From positions 868,001 through 932,000 of the forward strand of contig JBHGNT010000002.1 in NCBI GenBank assembly GCA_043228905.1: DNA of 64,000 nucleotides, in the 5' to 3' direction. The notes beneath the pieces were generated by a model. That model had not been told where the DNA came from, searched no databases, and was given only the letters and a program-made list of their open reading frames with translations. A program made the translations under genes and the position numbers. Below, one piece after another: positions 47,101 through 62,100 of the stretch; the stretch's first letter is position 1; every line of letters starts with the position of its first letter. Source of the DNA: Azolla caroliniana. Taxonomy: Eukaryota; Plantae; Polypodiophyta.

Positions 47101-50100
47101 AGACGGATTGAAATCTATAGGATAGGCTGAGTCCATCTTGAGGATTGAACATGAATAGAGATTGTTTGAGAGATGCTTTAAGTAGCCAATTTCTTGTGGT
47201 TATAGTTGTGGGCCATCCAAACAGTCTAAAGTACCCAAAATCTTGTCCATTGGAGGAAATAAGCATTGCTTGATAGGCCTCATGGAATCTGTCCAAATAA
47301 TCAAAATTGTTTCCCAAACAATGCAGTGCTATTAAATGGTTCACTAGGTTCTAATACTTTGTTCTGTAAAGGCAAGTTTTTCTCGTTTGATTAAGCATTA
47401 CTTCTCTCATTTTAAGCACATTTAATACACTACAAATTTTAGATGGCACGAGTTTTCGTTGCATGTTTGGACCATTCTATTTAAGATACTGCAGAGTTTG
47501 TACATATGAAGTGTTCTGCCAAATAAGGGGTCTGTTATTAACATGATCAAAGTCATTGCCACAACCAGCATGAAATACTACAGAGAACAAAACTCAATAT
47601 AATTCTCACTTTTGATTGAGTGTTGAGTTGGCTGTTGTTGGGTCATCCTAAGCTTCTGTGTTTAGCTTCCATTGCTTTACATGGATATACAAATTTTGTG
47701 GTGGAACAAATATATTTTACTGTCACTAGGTTCTTGAGCCCTTCACAAACTTTTGATATACCATGATCTGGGTCATGATTTATATTGGCTATAGTGGACA
47801 ATCTGCTTATTTGGGAGCATAAACATTCCTCCTCACATATTATGCGGTGTCTTATGCTTATGTTTGGGAGTCATCCATTAAGGTGATGTATAGGGTATGC
47901 AAGTGTATTTATTCAAGGTCATGTTGTTTTTGTTTGCAGTAGAGGGGTGTAGGTTTCTTGTAGAGGACATAGCAGGACACATGACACATAGGTTCGTAGA
48001 GGTGACTTCAATGATATATAGTCTGTATTTGCATGTTAGCTGATATCCCGACTTGCTTGATTCAAATCCCTCCTGTTGAGCAGGATTCGTGCCAGAGTGG
48101 GATCTATTTGTTTTGCTAATAGTGATCAATATGCAGGACACACTCCATTCTCTGGATGCTCGAGAGAGATAAATGAAAGGAAATAAAATGTCGTCTTAAT
48201 GTCTTCAAATGCCAAAGTGACGTATGTAGAGACCTAAAGTTACATCTGTGGTGGAACTTAGAGAATGTTTGATGCATAATACGTTCTACATAAATTAGGT
48301 ATCAGTCCTATGTAACAAGGTTGTGATCAAAGTATAATGATATAGAGACCATAGGTACAAGTAACACAAAGATATATCGTATAAAACAACTTTATCTGGG
48401 AGAGGGGTTGACCGTGAATGGATCACAGCTCATGAATAGTTTAAATTTCTATCTTCTGGTGTAGGCAACATCTTCAATGCGAACGCTGTTTGTGTAGTGT
48501 TTTATATACGCTATGGTTAACGAAAAAGAAGAGAGATCTTTTACATAATTTTTTTTATATTCACTACACTTAATGAAAAAGAAAAGAGAATTAGTATATA
48601 TAGTTTTATAATACAACACTTGCTACATAAACAAGAGGATTGTACTCAAGTTAAATGGCTGATTTTATTTTGCAGGTAACATTGAAATATTTTACGGAGA
48701 GACAATGCCTACTGAAGTGCCTGCGACTTCTGCTTTTGTCTCATAGTATGCCCATCCATTTTATATCAATTTCCTTATCAACACAATCACATGCTTCATG
48801 GCTTTATTATTCACATTGATAAGATATTGTGACTTCTTGGTTTTTGATTTTAAACATATAATCAGATATAGCAGTTGGTTAATTTGGAAGTTTGAAGTTG
48901 CATTGGGATAGGAAAATACAAATTTATTCTTTCACAAGGAATTTGGACATTACAGTTAGAATGTGTTAGAATGAGAACTAACTGTTAGAATGTGTTATTC
49001 ATTACAGTGGCAGAAACGTCCGATAGCTTCATTGTGGAGCCAATAGATCAGTTGGTTAATTATTTAATTGAAGGAGGGCTTGAAAGCAAGATCTTCACCA
49101 CTTTGGAGAACCTTCTGAGAACTGAACAACCTTGGAACCTGGTAGGGTGAATACCGTGTTACCTCCATAAAGGAATGCTTTGACTACCCAGGATTGCAGA
49201 AAAATATTTGAAATACAGAATTTCTTTCCAGTAGTTTTTAAAAGAAAGGGGAATCCTCGTTTATGTTGATAGAACTAGAATTGTTTTTTAATCAGACATT
49301 GTGCTGATAATTTGTATTTGATTAATCAGACATCGTGTTCACAGTGTTCTTTATCTCTATGAGGCCAGAATCCAGCAATAGATTATGTCTGAAAATGTTG
49401 TCTCATCTTGAAGAACAAGAAAAGAAATGAATAAAGAACTGCTTGAGGTACATCGTATCCCACATTCATGTACTTGCCTTCAGAGTTGGTCCCTAAGGTT
49501 TTGCCCATAAAAAGTAAATCCGCACTACATATTATAGGGTGCCTTGATGTTTCAATTTATTAAGTTTAGCTTGTGGTTCTGTTTGAAAGGCTTTAAGAAA
49601 GTCTACAACTCAGCAATGTACTTTCTTTCAAGAGCTACTCATCAACCAGAGCTTGATGCACCTCCTAAGACTAGAGTTCCATTACGCTCAATGCCAATGT
49701 TTTCTTGCCCATTCACTGATTCTGAGTCTAGAATTCATCCATAACACTCACCAAATGCATTCTATGTCTGTTCTGTAGTGATCTAGCATCATAGGATCCC
49801 CACTATGAAAAATGTATCTGAGAGTGTGTTAAGTCTAACTTGTCTGAAACCTCTCCCATACAGCTCTATTAAACAGATGCAGTGATAGCCTATAGGGGAG
49901 TCAAACTATCACAAATACATGAAATGCTCACCTACCTAGCCATGATGGTCGTGGGGTGTGCCTTTTTGTAGTCTTTCACCATTGTCCTATAGGAGAATGC
50001 AGATTCCTTGTAGCCTTTGGATATGGAAGAGCAGGCCATTCTGGTATAGCTTTAAGCTTATATGCATTCAAATTCTGAACCTCCTGTGAAGTGATCAGTA

Positions 50101-53100
50101 TGGTAGGTTGTTCCTCATGAAACATCTTACACGCCCTCTTGTCAGAATGGCCTGCTCTTCCATATCCAAAGCTTATATAGCCTTTGGATATGGAAGAGCA
50201 GGCCATTCTGGTATAGCTTTAAGCTTATATGCATTCAAATTCTGAACCTCCTGTGAAGTGATCAGTATGGTAGGTTGTTCCTCATGAAACATCTTACACG
50301 CCCTCTTGCTATATTGACTCAAAACAAGATTATAAATCTCTGCTTCCATCTTACTAAAGAACACTTTCTTATCTTTCTGTATAAGGATCAAAATATTGGT
50401 ATTGCTTGCATATTTATGTGTGCAACGTGCATACACCTGATGTAATTTCACCATTGTACCAACTATTATGTGGTGGTGATGGTGAGGGAGAATGAGAGCG
50501 AAAGGTTCGAGATAAAGATAGATGGAGAAAAATATTGTATAAGAGGAAATATTGCAATTTTTATCATTTTCCTTGAAGATTTCTGTTATAGTGTTATTTG
50601 TGATGATCCATCTGCAGGGCTTACAATCAATGAATTTATGGGCAGAAGAAATGTCCACAGAAGTAAATTTAGTAATGGATATTGTGTTCCTTCTGTACTA
50701 CAAGCCATTATGTACATGCAGTTTTAATCATTGGAAGGAGCTGTTCACCACATTTCAGGTAAGTTTATCACTTTTATGCTATGCTATTCTTTAATTTTAC
50801 TCTATTGATTTTTTGTAGTTTATAGATGCTATATGTATGGCTGGAATCTGTTGTGTAGCCACAAATTGATGTGTGATTATAACCATTGAAACCATTCCTG
50901 GAATCTGTTTATTTGCATGTCCCTTTCAAGCAATTTCTAATATAAACTTTTTGGTTTTACCAAAATGATGCTTTAACCTGGAGCTGCGAAGTATTGTGTT
51001 AATGAAAAGGCAAATATTATTGGGATAAAGAAGATATGAGATACTTAAATGTATGGCCTCATTTAGTTTAATTATTTTATTAGGCTGTTTTTGGTAGTCT
51101 AAGGTCTTCACTGGCAGGTATAGTTCAATCTGAGTAACATTTTTTTGTTGAAAGCTGAAGGAATACTAAGTGCTTATGAACTTGTAAGGAAGTAAACAAT
51201 GACCCCCTCCTTTAATTGTATTTTCTATTGACAATCCTTGCATCATCTTTGCTAAGATATTACTCTCTTGTTTTCTTTCATACGAAAAAGCCATCATCTC
51301 TTATAGACTATAGTGCTTCTATATTATGGCATTATTCAGTAGAGTTCATAGAAGAAAAGGGCATTGACATGTGCCTAAGATTTTCTTTTGTACTTACTTG
51401 TTCATTGAGAGCATGTAACAAACCTTGCTACAGTAAAGTACAATGCGGGGTTTATAATTATGTCATAAATAACTAAGCTGGGGTCTAATTGACGACCATA
51501 GGTCAAATTGGTTGTTTATGATATTCAATGCTAAGGTTTTGTTTGTTACTGCAGGCAAACATATTGTCTGGATCAATGGTGGAAAGCTTATCTGTAACTG
51601 ATGAAGCAACTAAATTAGTTGAATATATCAAACATCAGGCTGTGCTCATCTTACTGGAGATTCTAGACTTGGATAAATTACTTTTGATGGTGTTTGATGA
51701 TGTCCCATTCAGGTGCAGTCAATATCTTCTGTAGACTAGTCCTTGATTAACATTGAAACATCAAGCTCAGATTTTAACAATCATTTATTGGGCATTATTG
51801 ACTCAAGTAGTTTTAAAATTAATTTGTAACACTGTTTTATTGAATAGCTATGATTAAAAATCATGACATTTGGCATGGGTTATCTAAACTGTCTTGACAT
51901 TTACACTGAACAGCCAGGATAGATACCCATTTTCTATTCAAGAGTTGCAGCAGATGGATGAAGTTTTTGGCCAGCTGAATGTTTCAGAATTACAAGAATA
52001 TGCCCCTTTACTTCTGGGATGGGGAACCTTTGGTTGTCTTGTTTCTTTCTTACCTATAAAGAACCAGACTACTTTGGTATGCTAACTGAGTACTGAAACC
52101 TTAACTTTTATAATTCTACTCCTAAGGGCAGTGATATCACATTAGGATGCTCAATTTGGGTAATTGCTTAAACTGGGCACCCATTCCATGCATAACACGT
52201 ATAATTTTTAAATGGGTGGCTTACTCAATGACTTTAGAAGTAGATTTTGTAGTCAGAACTCTGTGATATCATCATCATCATCATAATATACCAAGTTTCA
52301 TTCTGTGTGTTCTGATGGTTTTATCCTGTTACAGTTTCTTTTGACCTAAGAGTATGCATTTAAAAGTTTAATAAAGGACAGTTCCAAGAATACAATTCCT
52401 TTCATTCTAAATTGTTTACAGGAGGTTGATCATGTCAGTTATATTCAGCAAGCACATCAAGGTGGAGCTTTCTGCTGCTTCCTTGACATGGTCCAGCACA
52501 AAGGCATTCAAGGGTCTAATGTGAGTTGATTACATCTGAAGCTCGCGTTCTCAAAGTTTTTACTCTGGCTAATTAAAATTGATTTCCTCAGATTGATGGT
52601 TACAAATGTGTGATCAAAAGTGTGATTTCATCGTTTTGTGCTTCCTATGACATTACACATCAGGTAAAGGCAACTATAGCTGTTCTTGTAGAAGTCGGTT
52701 GACCTTCAATTGCTCAATTATTGTTCCCTTTTCTTGTGTAGAGTGACTCAACAATCATAGACATGATAGTTGAAATTCTACATTCAATCTATTTAGGACA
52801 GGTTTGTTGTTAAGCTAATAGTACAAAAACATGATTCGTTAATCCCTGGGAAGTGTGCTTATTAAGTTTGTGCGGTTTACTTGGGTGTGCAGGAAGTTCT
52901 GTGTGTAGAATTCTGGGATCGTGAAAGCATTCTTGATAGTCCACTTCGCAATCTTCTGTATACCCTTCGTGAATGCTTCCCATTTCAGTTGAAACCATTG
53001 GTTAAGCTGTTAGCAGGTCTCACAGAAGGAATGTGGCCGGCTGAATGCGTGTTAGTTTAATCTTTCACATGATTTCTTTGATTTATATGTTTTTATCAAG

Positions 53101-56100
53101 TTTTGGAAAGTTTATCATTTACCTTTCAGTTTGGGCTCCGCTATTTCAACTAGTGATTTTTTGAAAAGCATAAATTTTCACGGCAGATAATATTGTGATT
53201 ACAGGTATAACTTTTTGTACAAGCCATCTGAAATAACCTGTATATCCCCGTGTAAAAGACCTGTTTCACTTGCAAACGAATGCCAGTTTACAAATGCATC
53301 TGCCTTAGAAGTTTCAGGTGTCCCAGCTTTGCTTATTCCCACTGGAACTGTTGGATGCATTGTTAAAGAACTAGATGATCAAACAAGCATTGTTCTGTGG
53401 AAGGTATTAAATCCTGATGTTTTGTATCCGACATTGATGTAATGAGAATTTATCTATCTTAAGGTTAATTGTGTTCTCTAGATTGATATGGCTTGGAATG
53501 CAATTCTATTAAAATTTACCATATTCACTCCAAATCTCAATATCTATCTCAGCAGTAACAGAAATGTTTCATCTCCTTTTATATCTCTTTTGAAATTGGT
53601 CATCAGTTGTGTTTTCTAGAACTTCATTGTGTTTCGGCATAGACTATTCACAACTCATAGCATTTTAAAAATGACATACACTATTCAATTGCTATACATA
53701 TTGTGGTCAATTAAAGATCTGTCTCTGTAGATTTTTTCATTTTACACTAGCTAATTCTACTTGTACTTGTATTTTTTACATTTTATTTTTGCAGTGTAAG
53801 CATAGTGCAATAATTATACTTCTGTTGCGGTTGACTGGACTGTGCGTCTCAGAAGATTCCTGGACAGAGACCCATCTAATTATGGATTTAATTCACAATA
53901 TGCTACTATCCAATAAGGTGAAATATATCCTCTGATCCACTATCTAATCACAGAAAATGGCAAGCAGGATAGGACTGAGCTGTCTTACCCATCTATCTAT
54001 GGCCATTAAATCCTTGTTGACTGCGACCCAGGAGGATCACTGAAGAAGTTGCAACAATGAAGAAACCGTTTACGTTTTTTGGGTAGGAAGGTGTTTTGAG
54101 TGCTGCCTCACTCTGGTTGAATAAAACTTGGTCATAGTGAAGGTTGCTTCAGCATCCACGCTGGTGAACACAACATGCTGCCAAGTGATCTCTTCCACTG
54201 GCCTGAAGCATGAAACAGTTTGAAATTAATGAGATCTTGGATGAATATATTAAACTCTAGTTGGGATCATGAAGCAGGTTGAACTAATGGATGCACAACT
54301 GCTGCAATGGTCTTTTATATAATACCTTGAGTGAGACACTCTTTAGTCTTATCGCAATGGCCAATGCATGGTTTTTCAAATTAAATGTCAAATACGGTCT
54401 GTCATATGTTAGGAAAGGTGATGGAAAAGCTGATCATTCAGATAAATTATGTCTCTCATCATGTGCATGAAAGGAATGTGCAAGATCCTTTTTCAGACAT
54501 AAGAATAATACTTTTGTATAAGTTATCTTAAAACTGCTCTGAATCAATTCTAAATAAACCATGCAGATGCTTGCGGAGGTCATTTTATTATTGGATGATT
54601 CTGAAGTATGTAAAGAAGCTAAAACTGATTTCCGAATGGAAGAAACAACAAGGTAGTATTCTGGTAAACCTTTTCTTAATTTTAGAAGCTAGATTATTGG
54701 TTTATGTCACAAAATTTGGCAGCTATGATGCCGAAGACAATTGTTTGTGGATTATGGGAAAGCTAAATTATGCTTATTTCCAGAATAAATCCTTTGGCTG
54801 TAATGTGCATGGTCCTAGACAAACTAATGGATCTACCTGGAAGAAATGCCACTGCAGCTCTGTGCATGGATATACTTGGCATATTTGCTGGCTGGTATGT
54901 TCTAATGCCATAAATACTCATATGTTCAAATTCCTTGGTAATGTCACATTTTCGTGGGTCATAAAGAAGTTAAATTATATCGTTTGTGAGTTTTGGTGTC
55001 CTTCTCTGGTAGTCAGTGAACTTGTATGTGGGTATATAATGGCCAAAATACACGCTGTTGGTTGTATAGCTTGTAGAGTGCGAAAAGTTGTCCTGAACTC
55101 TTTTGAAAGTGCTTGTTTTATTTCTTACATGTTGAAAGCTTATCATTTAATTTATTTTCAGCTGCCCTCTCAAGGTTATGCATGAATTTAGCAATATTCA
55201 GTCCAAGGGGAGCACAGACAACATTATGTAAATTACACATCTACTTCCAAGCTGAATTTGATAATGCCATTTAACGATGCCATATATCTTTGTATTCATG
55301 TTTGGTGCTTGATGTAGGGACAATGGCTTGCTTGCGAAAAGCTTGTCAAGTATGTATAAAGACTTTGAAAGATCTGATGGAGCGCATCCTCTTGTACTTA
55401 GTGGTAACGTTCTGTTAAATTTCTGGATTGTTTTATGTTGCTTGTAAAATATGAAGCACATGTTCTGGAAAATATCATGCAGTTGTACTATAAAAGGCAT
55501 ATATATTTGCAAGAAAGAAAGAAAGAAAGAAATATATATTAATGTCTTTCAAGTGGCCAAATTGGCCTATAAGTCCAAACAAGAGATTACATCATAAGTG
55601 TTGTCTCATCTTTGAGAACAACAAATCATAATAAAATAAATATTACTAAGTAAAAAAGAGCTATTAAAAGGGGGGATACGTAGTTACATTTAGGATGATA
55701 GTCTTTCATGCTGAAATTTGTGTCAGGTACCCAGATTTATGAGAACCTCTTCTATTGAGCTTCTTGCTCATAGGGTTCATGCCATCAGAGGTCAGTGACA
55801 CCTATGCATGTTGGTTTCCAGATATCCAAAGCTTTGGTAGGTTCTGGGCTTGAGGGAAGTTTAACTACAAAGGACCTTTGATCAACATCAATATCCCAAA
55901 CACTTTCGTCTTTATGAACAGACATGCCTATCACTTGGGAGCATGGTTAGTTACACTGCAATTCCTGCAATGAGATAGGAGTCCAACTTGATAATGTTTA
56001 TAAATTATATCAATTTGGCCTCGAAAAGAATATGCTCTTCAGGTAAATGCGTGAAGGGGTGGGGCTGGTTGGCTGATGATCTGAGAGGTTAAGACTCCAT

Positions 56101-59100
56101 GTTTGGTGTTAGTGAGAAAGATGAAAACACGTGCTCTTCAGGTAAATGCGAGAAGGGGTGGTGCTGGTTGCCTGATTATCTGAGAGGTTAAGACTCCATG
56201 TCCAGTGCTAGTGAGAAAGAGGGCTAGTCCTGTTATGTAATGTTTCATTGTTTCTGATGATCCGAGAGATTAAGACTCCATGTCCGGTGTTAGTGAGGAA
56301 GAGGCAAGCATGTGCTCTTCAGATAAATGCACAAAGGGGTGACGTTGGTTGACTGAGGAAGAGGTTAAGGCTCCATATCCAGTGTTAATGAGAGCCAGTC
56401 CTGTATGTAATGTTCCATTGTCTCAAGTTGGTCCTGACCCTGTTCTCTGCCCACTGTCTATCTTGGGTGGGTGAAAAAACATTCCCTCTGAAGTGGTCAT
56501 CATTTGTTTGAGTGTGCATGTGAAGACCTGGATTGATGTTTGTCCAGGGCCAATGATATTCATAGGATTCCCAGACTCCAGGCTATATCCGAACCATATC
56601 TGACATTCATGTGTTGCAGAAAGAGTTGGCAGGATTAGTGTGGCGACCAGCAGTATGCAGTGAAATCTGAGGGAGAGGATGCAATGGCAGGAGTAGGTAG
56701 CTATACAAACATTTAGGAAAAGATTTTTCCAAATTTTCTGATTTTGATAATATTACAGCAGAAATACACAAGCTAATTGGAAAGTATTTCCTCTTGCTGT
56801 GTGCTTTGAGCAGTTATGGCATGTGCAATTGGAAGAAGACATTGTTTCATATTTACAGGTTGATAATAAAGTACAGAATTTTGCAAAGTCTCTAGTTAGT
56901 TATTGTGGGTTTCAAAAGCCAAAGATAATTTACCATCTGCATTATTACTATTTCCTCATTAACGTTAATTGGTGATGTAACTTTGGTGATTGCTTCTTTC
57001 TTTGAATAGATATATACTTTGGTAGAGCTTGTATGGTTAACATTTGATTACCAGTTTGTTCAGTTACTGATTGATATAATTATCAGGTTGCAGATGTACT
57101 TGATAAATAAATATGGATCTTGTAGCATTTCTACTTTCGTTTTGTATTCCGTTTTAGATATGTGCAATTGTAAACTAATTGTATGAAGTTGTATGGATAA
57201 AATGTCTCTTTATGGAGTATTCTTTTCATTACTTCATCTACTTGACTAAAAGGCCTATTTTTTCATTTTACAGTGCTCGGTCTATGTGCATCAATGGTTA
57301 CAAAAGGAATTGTAACAGAGAGTTTAAACAATATAGTGGTCCATATTGTTGGTAATCTTTTTGTGAACCACATGACTTGGAAGTATGCAGAAAAGTATGA
57401 GCGATGGAAAATTACTACGAAGGTGGGTAGTTATTCCTTATATAGATTAATATACTCATTGGGTAGTTAATATTTCAAGAGAGTACATTTTCTCGCTTAT
57501 TTTTTATGGATTGTCAATATTGTGAATAGAAGTGCACAGTGTTTGTTGGATACATCTGTTCGTGCATGCATAATGTCTGTTGCATATATATGATTTTATA
57601 TATCATGACAGGTTTGATTTTGTAGTGCTCAATCTCATAAAGCACATTTTGGGTATAGGGAATGGGGTTGGGTCTGACATTGTCATTCATTGTTATGAGG
57701 GTTCTGTGATAAAAGGTTGGAAGAATGTGCTGAAATAAATCAAATGGACAAGGCTAAATGGCTATCCAAGGAATTGATAAGGCCTGAAATCATTTATTCG
57801 AGTGCAATATTTCATGAGACATTAGAATGAAGTTGAAGTCAGGTAAAGCATAGCTCCAATACAAAACTGGAATATATACAAATTTTAAATATAACTAATA
57901 TTGACATCCTCAGAGGCCAAAAGACATTTTGCCTACAGCCTTCTATGGACTCCCCTACTCAGTGGTGTACACTGCATTGCTTTCGTCTGCATTGAGTTAT
58001 TGTAATTATAGATGGTATTTGCATGTAATCAATTCAATTGAGTGTCTAAGTACAGCTAGCATATGGCAAAGGTCTTAATCACTTGTGTTCCTGTGCCGGC
58101 ATCAGATGATGAAGCGTGTCTTCAGAATTCACAACTTCACTCTGATTGAGGTTGGCCACTTTTGATACTAATGGATTTACAGCCTGATCTGCAAGTAATG
58201 TAATACATTTTCCTAAAGAATATCTAAAGCTACACAAATCAGAAGCTCGTCTTCAGGATTCACAACTTCACTCTGATTGAGGATGTCCAATTTTGACACT
58301 AATGGATTTACAGCCTGAGCAGCAAGTAATGTTGTACATTTTCCTAAAGAACATCTAAAGCTACATAAACCAGAGAGCCAGTTAATCATATCTAAAATAC
58401 ATCCTTGAGCCAGAGATTTGGAGAATGATCCCAAATCAACTAATGCGATTGCTGATGACTCTACCATTCAATTTGTTATGTTCTGTACAAGAGTATCACA
58501 CGAGAAAAACACTGGGAAGGAATACAATGATGGTATGGTGCTAGCTAAAATAAAGTGCTATGTGCAGAAAATAAGGATACTCTTGCAAGTGGTGAAAGAA
58601 AGAAAACCAAGCAAATGGGAGACAATAAAACAAAAAATTCAAGATCAATGATGTTAATCGAATATGAAAAATCAAACAAGAAGAGTGTGGATACTAGGGA
58701 GGAAATATGAAATTACATGTGGTAAAACCTGTTTTTTATAGGTGTTCGAGGTTGGACAACTTGTTTTGTCAGATTCCAGACCAATTATGCTCCAACTGAA
58801 AGCAAGGGTGCTTGAAGTCATAATGGTTGACGGGGCATTTCATAGTGCACTTCTCAGGATCTTGTCAACCACTGAGAATGACTTGAGGGTGTGTATCAAT
58901 TAATAACTTTAAAATTCAACAAACATTCTTGTCATTAATTTTATGAGTAACAAACTTTAGTAACTGCAGGGTCTATATTTTAGCCGCTTTGCTGATCTAA
59001 AGGAAATTGAATGGTTCGAGAAAGCACTATGCAGTGGGTTAACATTGTTGAATCAAGCATTATCTATGTCTCTTTCATCCATTGTATGTATGATTCTAAA

Positions 59101-62100
59101 AACCAAACCCTTGCCCTCCATAATAATTTAGATGGTATGTTAAGATAAGAATTCCTGTGTCAGGTCTTGATTGTAGGCTTAAAGGTAACCAAACTCTTTG
59201 TCAAACTTTATTGAGAGAGTGCTATATCTGTAAGTGACGCAGCAAGCCAAGCCATTATTTTTTGTGATATTCCTGAAAATGAGGCCTCTATGTGACACTG
59301 GTAAGATGCTAAAAAACATTTATGTGAGTTCCAGATCTTACTTCAAGTGGTAGTACAATGCCTCTCATGTGAATCATCTGGCTGACATGGACATCTTATG
59401 CAGAGATGGGCTGTCTCACTTCTATTTTGTGGTGCAAAACCAAAATAGTGGATGACATTGCAGCCGTACATGCCTTTGTCTATGCACTATGATAAAATTC
59501 CTAAAATAAAGTATAGAAATCTGAAATTATAGTAATGGCTCCAGAATTTGCATAAATTATAGTAATAGCATTATGAGTATATATGTAGGTGAAAAATCAT
59601 GAAGAAAGAGGCAAATTAAGAAAGATATAGCTTTAAGGTGGCTTTACAAATGCTGCTGATTCCTGAAATTCTTAACAGTTTGTGAGGTTCCGACTAATAG
59701 ACCACCAAGATATTTACGATAACTGTAATTTCAGAGGGAGCTCTGTCTATCTCGATAGTTGCTAATGTGATTATGGCGATCACGTGTAGAATTTTCAAAC
59801 TAAATTTATATAGTAATTATTGATGGAACTCAACTCCATGATTGTTGAGAGTTTTTGGGTCTTCTGGTTTCCCCAGCAGGATACGAAAAGCAATTCCCCA
59901 TTGGAGCATGCAGTAATGCATCACACAGATGGTACATTGCCTTTCATATTGTGCATTGCTTCCTTAACTGGTCTCTTTCAGAATCAGGTTATTTTTTTCC
60001 AATGTTAATTCCTTTATGATCTTTATTTTAATTAGTATGTTTAATCCATAACTTCTATTCTTCTTGTATTTGAATCGATAATTGCAGGCAATGCAGGTGG
60101 CAAGTATCAAAATGCTAACAACATTGTGCCTTGTGGCTACAAAAGCAAGACCACATCCCATAAACATTTTGAGCTATATCCAGGGACTTGAGCAGGTGGG
60201 TGGATTGATCCTTAATTGTTTCCAAAATGCAGGGACTTGATTTTAGCTGGAAATTGAATTATTATGCTCCTGAGGTCTATTGTCCAAATTATCTCCCTGG
60301 CACAGAGATCTTGAACGAATGATTTGTCAGTGTGAATGCTTCAACCAAGCTTTGTATTATAGTCGATAACATTTCATGGTGCCAGAAACTAAATTATTAC
60401 AGAAACATGAGACTGATACAATAGTAATACATTTCTAGAAACTAAGAATGGTGATAGAAATAAGTTTAACACTATTTCTCTATTGCCTTTGGCTAGCAGC
60501 TCTAAACTATCCTGTTTTAGGATGGTAATATGAATATTGCTGTTATCCTCAGAATAATGTAGAGAATGTAGTTCAAACAAATAAACTTCCTCAAATCTAA
60601 TCCTAAGAAGTTACCCTAATCATGTTTCTAGGAATTAATCTAAAGATCTATTTGCTGCAAGGATATTTTTACTTGAAAACAATGGGAATGTTTGACTCCA
60701 TGGAGGTTGGTTCCATGATACATTTAGTGTGGGAAGATTGGTGTGTACCTGAATGATGAAGTTGGGATACAACCAAACTTCTTCAAGATCTAAGTATGGA
60801 CTTTGCTTTCTTAGATATTGATTCCTTGGTTAAGGGTCTGTACCTGAATGCTGACTGAGAAATAATTTACTTTTTGGTTACATTATGCATCTAATATGGC
60901 AACTTGGATGTGTACCTGACTGATTTAGTTTAGAAAACAAGGTGTCATAGCTTCTGTATCATAATAACGTACATGAGGCCGCAAATTGAGTTTACACTTT
61001 CTTGTACTTCACAATCATTTTCTCATATATCCATTATCAATTGCTAGAAACATGCTATACGAAGGACATTTAGAAGATTATTATCAAAGGAGATTGCAGA
61101 ACTGAATCTAGAGCTTTATACCCTCGCTGTGGACTTCATAGTAACAACAACCAGATGCCAGGTGATTGTAAACTTTATTAGAAATGATAATTTATGAACT
61201 AAATTGCATACTAACGAAGAATTTAATGTTTGTAATTTATTGCAGAGGTTTTAGATTAAATAATATTCTATGCTCTGTTATGACTCGTGATAGTAAAATG
61301 TTCATTCTTCTGAAGTAATATAACGGTAGACACTGTATGGATATCGTCGAAAAACTTTAGCAATCATAATCTTGTAATAATTTCTAGTATGGATTGTTTT
61401 GGCCTCCTAAACATTTCAATTGATTATGTTAGCTATCTGCTAACTCTTTATGATGGGTGGCACAGGTTTCTTTTGTGGAAATGCTTCTATGCCCTTTGAA
61501 TATGGTTGCAAGAATACCCTCTTCAAACAAGCTTATAGCAGAAGGAGAAATCGATAATCAGGATGAAAATTCTGCTTCTATTTATATGTCAATAAAGGAA
61601 ATATTGTCTGATGGCGGGTCACTATTAAAAAGGTGTTCTGAATATCTAGATAGAATGTGATGGTTGAATAGATATAAATATCTTTTAATCACCTGCTGTA
61701 TTGATTCATGTATTTTGGTACTCATCTGTTCATGCAAATACACCTGCTGTCTATGTTGACTATAGACAATCGTACATCAAATTTGTAGGTTAGATGAATT
61801 GAAAAGAAGTTCTAGGGATTCTGCAAATCTCCCTCATATTGATAGTAAGCTTGTTGTTGAAGATTCTGTCTTATCACTAGCTTATGTACACTTTTCATTT
61901 GTTGTTGCAGTGACGCACAGATATTGTGTCCTATATTATGTCTGGTGAAAAGTGTCTGGGACATAGGTCTAGATTTTCCTGGAATATTGGAAGTTTTCCA
62001 TCAGCATGATGACTTTTGGAAGTTAATCACATTATCCGTGTCAAACTCACTCGGTATTTTGGAGGACACGATCTGTGAAGAATGGATTGGGACATCTTAT

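Noticed and set aside
48248-48428. TG...CA segment as a possible small solo LTR
   Set aside because: The flanking 5-mers (ACATC / GCTCA) do not match, so there is no TSD.
54571-55185. 204-aa ORF inside NUP188
   Set aside because: It crosses exons 15-17 out of frame and reads through introns. The spliced frame matches NUP188.
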